Positions 25,420-31,579 of a DNA stretch of 32,000 nucleotides are shown here, piece by piece. Under the pieces are notes generated by a model. The model searched no databases. It was not told the origin of the DNA and was given only the letters and a program-made list of their open reading frames with translations. The position numbers and the translations under genes were made by a program. Every line of letters begins with the position of its first letter. The first letter of the stretch is position 1. Source of the DNA: Candidatus Saccharimonadota bacterium (GTDB lineage Archaea > Micrarchaeota > Micrarchaeia > Micrarchaeales > Micrarchaeaceae); assembly GCA_963705375.1 (NCBI GenBank), contig OY970071.1, forward strand, positions 660,001 to 692,000, written 5' to 3'.

Positions 25420-25499
25420 AAAAATGCCTTAACACGAACAAATAGCTCGTTTCCGAATGATATTATATGCTTTGTGTCTAATAATTATAAAGGGATTAG

Positions 25500-26507
25500 T
25501 TGACGAAGACGAGTTTTGAACAGGCGCGTGCAGCGATGCTCAAAAACGCGAAGGAAGGCATAAAGAGCGCCTACGCTAGCGAGGAGTATCCTTTAATACA
25601 GGCGATAAACGCTTACCTTGAGATAAGCAAGGCATACAACCTCTCATTCGAGAGGCTAGGAGAGTGGTACGGCCTATACTTTCCGGAATTGAAGATAACA
25701 AGCCCGAAAGCTCTTGCAGATCTGGCATTGGTGCTCAATGACGTTACTGCGATAGACAGGGCAAAGATTGCTGGAGTGCTTAACGATGAAAAGCGCACTG
25801 ACGAGACATACGGCAAGGCAGTAGCGACGATGGGAAGGCACATGAACGGAAAGGAACGCGAGGCAGTGGTGCGTTTTGCGCAGCTCTCCAACGAACTTGC
25901 CGGAACTCTGGATGTGCTTGACGCTTACATAAAAAAGGTCAGTACGGAAGTGATGCCGAACACAGTATACCTCACCGATGAGAAAATAGCTGCAGAACTG
26001 CTGAGCAAGGCAGGCTCTCTTGAAAGGCTGGCGACGTTGCCGGCGAGCACGATCCAGCTACTAGGCGCGGAGAAGTCGCTCTTCAAGCACATCAAATTCG
26101 GAAGCAAACCTCCTAAGTACGGATTGATATTCAAGATGCCGGAAATAAGCGGTGCTCCGAAGGACCAACGCGGCAGGATTGCAAGAATATATGCCGCAAA
26201 GATAGGCATAGCCCTCAAGAGCGATTACTTTACGAAGAATTTCATAGCCGAGAAGCTGAAGGCTGACCTGAAAGCGAGTATTGAGAGAGTAAATAGATCA
26301 GAGCCACGAAAAAGAGAGGACAGACCCTGGCAAAGAGGGTCTCAACCTTGGAGAGGCAGGCAAAGGCAGCAGTCTGGAGAGCCAAGACAGTGGGTGCAGG
26401 AGAGACCGCAGCAAAGAGGACCCAGACCTTGGGAAAGACGGACAGGGAAGCCTTGGACGCAAAAACCAGGGCGCAGCGAGCGGAAGAACAGCAAGCGCAA
26501 GGCATAA
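25500..26507 (+). CDS. nop5: Nop5 (Nop56/58) C/D box sRNP core protein, lacking the N-terminal fibrillarin-binding domain and carrying an Arg/Pro/Trp-rich tail
   Basis: NOSIC block LIQAINAYLEISKAYNLSFERLGEWYGLYFPEL and Nop-domain blocks LPASTIQLLGAEKSLFKHIKFGSKPPKYGLIF and QRGRIARIYAAKIGIALKSDYF are present. Only about 30 aa precede NOSIC, against about 120 in the canonical archaeal Nop5 I recall. The start is uncertain (TTG 25500 or ATG 25536). Confidence 0.85.
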   Translation: MTKTSFEQARAAMLKNAKEGIKSAYASEEYPLIQAINAYLEISKAYNLSFERLGEWYGLYFPELKITSPKALADLALVLNDVTAIDRAKIAGVLNDEKRTDETYGKAVATMGRHMNGKEREAVVRFAQLSNELAGTLDVLDAYIKKVSTEVMPNTVYLTDEKIAAELLSKAGSLERLATLPASTIQLLGAEKSLFKHIKFGSKPPKYGLIFKMPEISGAPKDQRGRIARIYAAKIGIALKSDYFTKNFIAEKLKADLKASIERVNRSEPRKREDRPWQRGSQPWRGRQRQQSGEPRQWVQERPQQRGPRPWERRTGKPWTQKPGRSERKNSKRKA

Positions 26508-26522
26508 ATGAGCTTTCGTTAG

Positions 26523-26530
26523 AAATATAT
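26523..26530 (+). promoter_or_regulatory. TATA box for rps19e (leaderless geometry)
   Basis: AAATATAT ends 21 nt before ATG 26552. Confidence 0.4.
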
Positions 26531-26551
26531 CAATCCTAGTTGATGAATTCT

Positions 26552-26968
26552 ATGGCCAATGTATACGAAACTAAGGCTTCGACTGTGATAGATGCAGCGG
26601 CAGAAAAGCTGAAGGGAAAAGTGAAAAAGCCAGCTTACGTTGACTTCGTCAAGAGCAGCGCGGGAAGGGAGCGGGCACCCATAAGCCCCGACTTCTGGTA
26701 TGTGAGGTGCGCCTCGATACTCAGGAAGGTGTACCTTAACGGCCCTGTTGGCGTTTCAAGACTGAGGACATGGTACGGCAACAAGAAAGAGCACGTCATA
26801 CACAGGAAGCACTTCATGAAGGCAGGCGGCAGCATAATACGCGATGCGCTTATGGAGCTTGAGAAGCTCAATTACGTGAAGACCACCAAGGCAGGGCGCA
26901 TAATAACCCCGCAAGGAAAGTCGTTCCTTGACAAGGTTTGCAACGAGAGTGCTGCAGGTGCAAAGTGA
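26552..26968 (+). CDS. rps19e: Ribosomal protein S19e
   Basis: MANVYETKAS... matches the usual MATVYDV start. FVKSSAGRERAP..PDFWYVRCASILRKVYLNGPVGVSRLRTWYG is the eS19 core. The start was chosen by TATA spacing; the track lists 26540. Confidence 0.88.
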   Translation: MANVYETKASTVIDAAAEKLKGKVKKPAYVDFVKSSAGRERAPISPDFWYVRCASILRKVYLNGPVGVSRLRTWYGNKKEHVIHRKHFMKAGGSIIRDALMELEKLNYVKTTKAGRIITPQGKSFLDKVCNESAAGAK

Positions 26969-27276
26969 TGGCAGGAGAGGAAGACGAACAATACCAGAAG
27001 CGCATGCGCAAAAGAGTCACGGAGGCGCTAAGGGCGGCTCAGTTAGAGCAGCAGAAGAAGGAAATCTTGCGCAGGTTCCTTGACGGCACAGCGTATGACA
27101 GAATGATGAACATCAGGGTCTCGAACCCGGACCTCTATGACCAGCTTGTAAGCCTGATAGTGTCGCTGGTGCAGAGCAATAGGATAACGGGCAAGATGAC
27201 GGAAAACCAGCTGAAGTTGCTGCTGGCAAGAGCAACATACAAGAAAGAACCAACAATATCGTTCAAACACAAGTGA
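26968..27276 (+). CDS. PDCD5/TFAR19-family dsDNA-binding protein (MTH1615-like)
   Basis: 102 aa. QQKKEILRRFLDGTAYDRMMNIRVSNPDLYDQLVSLIVSLVQSNRITGKMTENQLKLLL matches the family pattern, and the gene sits in the conserved position after rps19e. Its ATG shares one nt with the S19e stop (TGATG). Confidence 0.8.
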   Translation: MAGEEDEQYQKRMRKRVTEALRAAQLEQQKKEILRRFLDGTAYDRMMNIRVSNPDLYDQLVSLIVSLVQSNRITGKMTENQLKLLLARATYKKEPTISFKHK

Positions 27277-27280
27277 TAAT

Positions 27281-27442
27281 GTGTCAAAGAAGAGTGCGTA
27301 CAGGAAAAGAAGGCTTGGCAAGAAGCTCAAGCAAGCAAGAAGAATGCCGCTTTTGGCAAGGCTCAGGACTCACAGGAGAATGGAAAGTAACGCTTTTTCC
27401 AGAGACTGGAGAAGGACCAAGCTTAGAATAAAGGATGAATGA
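27281..27442 (+). CDS. rpl39e: Ribosomal protein L39e (53 aa, GTG start; absent from the supplied ORF track)
   Basis: Manual translation from GTG 27281 gives VSKKSAYRKRRLGKKLKQARRMPLLARLRTHRRMESNAFSRDWRRTKLRIKDE, with stop TGA at 27440-27442. This fits the eL39 pattern (K.RLaKk.KQnR.vP.....kT.rr......R.WRRtKL.i) and the conserved position before rpl31e. Confidence 0.85.
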   Translation: MSKKSAYRKRRLGKKLKQARRMPLLARLRTHRRMESNAFSRDWRRTKLRIKDE

Positions 27443-27443
27443 C

Positions 27444-27923
27444 ATGGCAGGCAAACTCATTACAATAGGCATAAGGCGCTACCTTGTTACGCAGCCGAGA
27501 ACGAAAAGGACAAGGAAGGCAGCAAAATACATAAGGGAGCGAATATCCCACTACATGAAAATAGATCTGGACAAGGTCAAGTTCAGTAAGGAGCTCAACG
27601 ACATGATAACGGCGCGTGCACAGCGCATGAAGCCCGTGAAGCTCAATATTGAGATAGACAAGGGCATCGCCACTGCGACGCTGTTCAAGGAACAAGCTGT
27701 GCAGCTGAGCGCGACAAAAACTGCTGCGCAGAAGAAACAGCCTGCGAAAGTCGAGAGCACGGCACAGGCAAAAGGCGCAACACAGGCAGCAACAAAGGAG
27801 AAACCTGCAAGCGCACGTAAGAGCCCAGAAAGAGCTGCGGAGAACACAAACATGGAAAGCACAGTGAAGAGTCCTGAAAAGGAAAGTAGGAAAGCGGACC
27901 GTAATGAAAATCCGCGGAAGTGA
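27444..27923 (+). CDS. rpl31e: Ribosomal protein L31e with a ~76-aa Lys/Ala/Thr/Glu-rich C-terminal extension
   Basis: The core ITIGIRRYLVTQPRTKRTRKAAKYIRERISHYMKIDLDKVKFSKELNDMI..R matches eL31. ATG 27444 is preferred because AAGGA lies 8 nt upstream and it comes 2 nt after the L39e stop; ATG 27435 is an alternative. The tail is encoded by 27693..27920. Confidence 0.85.
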   Translation: MAGKLITIGIRRYLVTQPRTKRTRKAAKYIRERISHYMKIDLDKVKFSKELNDMITARAQRMKPVKLNIEIDKGIATATLFKEQAVQLSATKTAAQKKQPAKVESTAQAKGATQAATKEKPASARKSPERAAENTNMESTVKSPEKESRKADRNENPRK

Positions 27924-27927
27924 GAAG

Positions 27928-28599
27928 GTGGAAGTTGCGAAGCATAGGGTGCATGGCAGCGATTTTGTAGGCGCCTATGTCATCGCAAGCGACAGGTTCG
28001 TTTTTTGCTATAAAGGTATCGAGAAGCACATCAAAGACATGATCTCCAAGATACTTTCGGCAGAGCCAATAGAGATGTCAGTCTCTGATTCTCATCTTAT
28101 AGGTATATTTGCAAGGGCAAACTCCAACGGCATTGTGCTCTCAAACCTCACAACGGATACGGAGCTTGCGCATCTGCACTCGCTCAAACTAGGCATAAAC
28201 ATAGGAGTGATGGAGAGCCAGCTGAACGCCATAGGAAACAACATACTCGCAAATGATAAGATCGCACTCATAAACTCCGAATTTACAAGCGAAGAAGCCA
28301 AGCTCATAGGTGAAATTCTGGGTGTTGAGACAATCAAAGCGGAAGCTGGCGGTTTCAAGACAGTAGGTGCAAACAACATACTTACGAACAAAGGCTGCGT
28401 GCTGAACAACAGAAGCACAGAAACGGAAAAACACATCATGGACAGCGCGTGTGGGTTCGAGTCGGTGCTGTCGACTGCGAACACAGGCTCGCTCGCGATA
28501 GGACTCGCCGGCGTGGCAAACTCAAACGGCATCGTCATAGGAGAGGCAACGACAGGTTATGAGTTGAACAGAATACTTGAATCTCTCGAAAAGAGGTAG
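27928..28599 (+). CDS. eif6: Translation initiation factor 6 (aIF6)
   Basis: HGSDFVGAYVIASDRFVF..., repeated pentein-like segments (SNGIVLSN, NDKIALIN, NKGCVLNN, SNGIVIGE) and a ~225 aa length fit aIF6. GTG 27928 is preferred (GGAAGTGA Shine-Dalgarno-like element 4 nt upstream, N-terminal length typical of the family). ATG 27904, the track start, would overlap rpl31e by 20 nt. Confidence 0.85.
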   Translation: MEVAKHRVHGSDFVGAYVIASDRFVFCYKGIEKHIKDMISKILSAEPIEMSVSDSHLIGIFARANSNGIVLSNLTTDTELAHLHSLKLGINIGVMESQLNAIGNNILANDKIALINSEFTSEEAKLIGEILGVETIKAEAGGFKTVGANNILTNKGCVLNNRSTETEKHIMDSACGFESVLSTANTGSLAIGLAGVANSNGIVIGEATTGYELNRILESLEKR

Positions 28600-28606
28600 T
28601 GCATGC

Positions 28607-29038
28607 ATGGCTGACAAAAAGAATAAAGAGGAAACAATCTCCGAGCTCGACGAGCTCAGGTACGCTAGGCAGGTATATCAGAACCAGTATATGCTCATCA
28701 ACAACTCTGCACAGGCAGTGCTTCAGGAGATGCGGGAATTGGGCGCATCTCAGCGTACGCTAGAGAACATAGAGCTTTTCAATGGCAAGGAGTCACTCAT
28801 CAGCACCGGCGCAGGAGTCTATATCAGGGCCGTTGCAAACAATGACAGCAAGGTGCTCGTCGAAGTCGGCGGCAACTATGTGGCTGAGAAATCGGCGGAT
28901 GAGGCCAAGGCTTTCTTGAGCAAGCAGATCGAAAGCAAGACAGCGGTATTGAACAGGATCCTAAAGAACAAGAAAGATCTGGAGTCTGCACTGATAGACA
29001 TCGAGTACAAATTGGATAACAGCGAACTGCAGGTATAG
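28607..29038 (+). CDS. pfdA: Prefoldin alpha subunit
   Basis: 143 aa with a coiled coil, beta-hairpin region, coiled coil layout (LISTGAGVYIRAVANNDSKVLVEVGGNYVAEKSADEAKAFL). It holds the conserved position between eif6 and ftsY. GAGGT lies 9 nt upstream of ATG 28607. Confidence 0.85.
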   Translation: MADKKNKEETISELDELRYARQVYQNQYMLINNSAQAVLQEMRELGASQRTLENIELFNGKESLISTGAGVYIRAVANNDSKVLVEVGGNYVAEKSADEAKAFLSKQIESKTAVLNRILKNKKDLESALIDIEYKLDNSELQV

Positions 29039-29040
29039 GT

Positions 29041-30477
29041 ATGTTTGAGGGACTCCGGAAGAAGCTCGCAGACACGATAAAGGGCTTTGTAAAGCACGAG
29101 GAGGTAAAGGTAGAAGCTGAAGAACCCGCTGCAGAGAAGCAAGAAGTCAAAAGCAAGGTCGAGACAGAAAAGGCACCTTTTCCTGAAGTGCGCACAGTAG
29201 AAATAAAAAAGGACCTCAAGGAATTTCACACCATAGAAAAGCATGAAGAGTCACACGAAGTAGAAGAGCTGAAGGTGAAGCCTGCGGAGCGAGCTCCGGA
29301 GAAAAGTGAAGAGGTACACAAAGCAGAAGATCGCAAGGCGAAGGAGGCGCCAACCACTGAAAAGCATGAGGAAATTCACAAGATAGAAGAGCATAGAATG
29401 AAGACAGCGGCACCTGCACAGGAAAAACATGAAGAGAGGCACATAACAGATGAATTGAAAGCCAAACGCGAAGTGCAGGTTAACAAAAAACACGAAGAAA
29501 TGCACAGGGCAGTGATAGAAAAGGAGGTAGAGGAAGTCGTTGAAAAACACGATGCAGGACCAAAGATAGACCTGAAGCTTACTACGAAAATAAAGAAAAT
29601 ATTCGTCAGGAAGATAACGCTGAGCAGTGCAGAAATAGATGGTTTCGCCGAAAGCCTGAAGGAACCGATGTTGCGCTCTGACGTATCATACAGCACCACT
29701 GAGGAGTTCATTCGGGATCTGAAGGGCCAGCTTACCGGAATGGAACTAAGCTCAGGCAAGATAGACGAAGAGGTTACAGCGGCAGTAAGGAGCGCTTTCA
29801 TGCAGATACTCGAAGGTAGCAGTCCGAAGCTCGGACTGGATGCGATGATAACGCGACGAATAGAAGAAGGGATGGCACCTGTCAAGATACTTTTCCTTGG
29901 GCCGAATGGCGCCGGCAAGACAACGACAATAGCAAAGTTGGCATACACTCTCAAGGCTCAGGGCGTTAGCTCGGTGATCGCCGCTAGCGACACGTTCCGC
30001 GCAGCAGCCATAGAGCAACTGGAAATCCATGCGAAGAAGATAGGCGTTTCGATAGTAAAAAGCAAGTACGGCGCAGATCCGGCAAGCGTCGCGTTCGATG
30101 CGATAGCACACGCGAAATCCAATGGAGTGCAGCTTGTTCTAATAGACAGTGCTGGAAGGCAAGAAACCAACAAGAGCCTGATAAAAGAAATGGAGAAGAT
30201 CGTAAGGGTGTGCAAGCCGGACATCACAATATTCATAGGCGAGAGCACGGCAGGTAACGTGATCTCTGAACAGATAAGCGAATTCGGCAAGTACATACAC
30301 ATAGATGGCATAATACTGACGAAGCTAGATTGCGATGCGAAAGGCGGAAGCGCGCTGTCCATCGCAAAAATGACAGGCATTCCAATCCTGTTCTTCGGAA
30401 TCGGAGAGGGCTATGATGCGCTCATACCGTACAGCAGCGAGTTCGTGGTGAACGCGATACTCCCGCAGGGCGGATGA
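29041..30477 (+). CDS. ftsY: Signal recognition particle receptor FtsY with a long charged, His-rich repeat N-terminal domain
   Basis: The C-terminal NG domain has LFLGPNGAGKTTTIAKLA (G1), DTFRAAAIEQL, LIDSAGRQ (G3), TKLDCDAKGG (G4) and FFGIGEGYDAL. The N-terminus MFEGLRKKL is typical of archaeal FtsY. Confidence 0.92.
   Translation: MFEGLRKKLADTIKGFVKHEEVKVEAEEPAAEKQEVKSKVETEKAPFPEVRTVEIKKDLKEFHTIEKHEESHEVEELKVKPAERAPEKSEEVHKAEDRKAKEAPTTEKHEEIHKIEEHRMKTAAPAQEKHEERHITDELKAKREVQVNKKHEEMHRAVIEKEVEEVVEKHDAGPKIDLKLTTKIKKIFVRKITLSSAEIDGFAESLKEPMLRSDVSYSTTEEFIRDLKGQLTGMELSSGKIDEEVTAAVRSAFMQILEGSSPKLGLDAMITRRIEEGMAPVKILFLGPNGAGKTTTIAKLAYTLKAQGVSSVIAASDTFRAAAIEQLEIHAKKIGVSIVKSKYGADPASVAFDAIAHAKSNGVQLVLIDSAGRQETNKSLIKEMEKIVRVCKPDITIFIGESTAGNVISEQISEFGKYIHIDGIILTKLDCDAKGGSALSIAKMTGIPILFFGIGEGYDALIPYSSEFVVNAILPQGG
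29236..29553 (+). repeat. Imperfect in-frame tandem repeat (~63 nt / ~21 aa period) encoding EKHEExH units within ftsY
   Basis: K-H-E-E-x-H recurs at FtsY residues 67, 108, 129 and 150. A degenerate K-S-E-E-V-H lies at residue 88 and K-H-D at 169, giving spacings of 21, 20, 21, 21 and 19 aa. The DNA shows the recurring gaaaa(g/a)ca(t/c)ga(a/g)ga. Confidence 0.7.
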
Positions 30478-30646
30478 CATATTGTCGTGGTCAAACTTTC
30501 TACTGTGCATTTGGAATGTTTTGTTTTGGACTATTTAAGAAAAGCGCTCATCGGCAAGACGGTTTACTTTAGGGCATTGAAATCAAAGTGATCGACTTTT
30601 GTCCCAAACGCACAACCAAAAGAGCGTATAAATAGCTCTTGGATGA

Positions 30647-30654
30647 TATTTATT
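30647..30654 (+). promoter_or_regulatory. TATA-like box for the orphan gene (leaderless geometry)
   Basis: TATTTATT ends 21 nt before ATG 30676. A second box, TATAAATA at 30627-30634, lies 20 nt further upstream. Both place the transcription start downstream of the track's ATG 30643. Confidence 0.35.
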
Positions 30655-30675
30655 GTGCTTTTAAAAGGTGACACA

Positions 30676-31386
30676 ATGGTGAATGCAAATAGGCAAATTT
30701 CTGAAGAGACAAAAGCAATAATTCTAGAAGCCATCTGGAATGGTGCGCTTTCGGACTCTGCCCGTGAAATACTGCTCAAGTATGAGCACCTTGTGACTGC
30801 CAACGGGCACATAAACCAGAGAGTTGCCATGGCATGCAATCCAAAGGCAGTTGACATGGTCACTGATTCAATAGGACACTGGGCACTTAACGGGTTGATA
30901 AACGCTTCAGAGATAATTAGCTGCATACCTAGACTCGAACGGCTAAGGCGCTATGGAATAATAGATGACACTACTGATTCTATAATAAAAGAACGTGCAG
31001 TTGTGCAACTTAAGGATATCGCTTCGAATATGAATAATGTACCGCATAGGGATCTAGTTTTGGATATGTCTGAGAAGTTTAATTTTCTACTCAGTTTTTC
31101 TATTGTAGCCGAGGGCTTTCACATAGGTAGAAACGGTCTTTCGTTACCTGCAGCAGGTTCGTTGATGCCTATGCTGATTGACATGGTCGCGACGCTTGAA
31201 TCACACGAACCACAGAGAGCAGAGTATCGTGGGACTGTTGCGATGTTTGTCTCTGTAGTAATGCCAACGGATTCCGACGTGATGATGCTCCGTACTGCGC
31301 TTGATAACAAAGGGTTGCAGAAGGCTCGCATAGACCAGATATGTATCGAACTTGGCTTGCAGACTGGTCATGTTGCGCCGGCATAG
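30676..31386 (+). CDS. Orphan, predicted all-helical protein of unknown function (~236 aa)
   Basis: A long ORF with no family I recognise. It is visibly more AT-rich than its neighbours and is flanked by long non-coding spacers of about 165-200 nt and about 190 nt. The start was chosen by TATA spacing; the track lists 30643. Confidence 0.55.
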   Translation: MVNANRQISEETKAIILEAIWNGALSDSAREILLKYEHLVTANGHINQRVAMACNPKAVDMVTDSIGHWALNGLINASEIISCIPRLERLRRYGIIDDTTDSIIKERAVVQLKDIASNMNNVPHRDLVLDMSEKFNFLLSFSIVAEGFHIGRNGLSLPAAGSLMPMLIDMVATLESHEPQRAEYRGTVAMFVSVVMPTDSDVMMLRTALDNKGLQKARIDQICIELGLQTGHVAPA

Positions 31387-31579
31387 GATCTTCTATCGTT
31401 TCGCCAGCAAGCGAGAACCGATTGTCGCGCGCCACGCGAACGCTCCTGCAGCCCCATGCTCTTTCAAAGTCTAGCGTCAATACGCTTGCGTACAATCATG
31501 TGCAATTCGGCTCTGGGACAAAAGCCAACCATAACTCGTTCTGAAAAGGTTGTACAGTAATTTGATGTAGATTGAGGCA

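Noticed and set aside
27103-27157. C/D box sRNA-like arrangement: AUGAUGA (27103-27109) and CUGA (27154-27157) 55 nt apart, with a possible short terminal stem
   Set aside because: It lies inside and in sense with the PDCD5-like CDS. The internal D' and C' boxes are poor (cgaa, ucuauga). By rough expectation, several RTGATGA heptamers per window with a CTGA at suitable distance in a few percent of cases, one such pair is not surprising. Other tgatga hits (4920, 14245, 18505, 19036) lack a properly placed D box.
27279-27431. ATG-initiated 50-codon ORF (MCQRRVRTGKEGLARSS...) immediately after the PDCD5-like gene
   Set aside because: The GTG-initiated frame two bases downstream encodes an unmistakable L39e, and the ATG frame has no recognisable features.
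29376-29954. 192-aa minus-strand ORF plus several 60-130-aa ORFs opposite ftsY
   Set aside because: They are antisense to the strongly supported FtsY gene. The purine-rich repeat region naturally gives open antisense frames.
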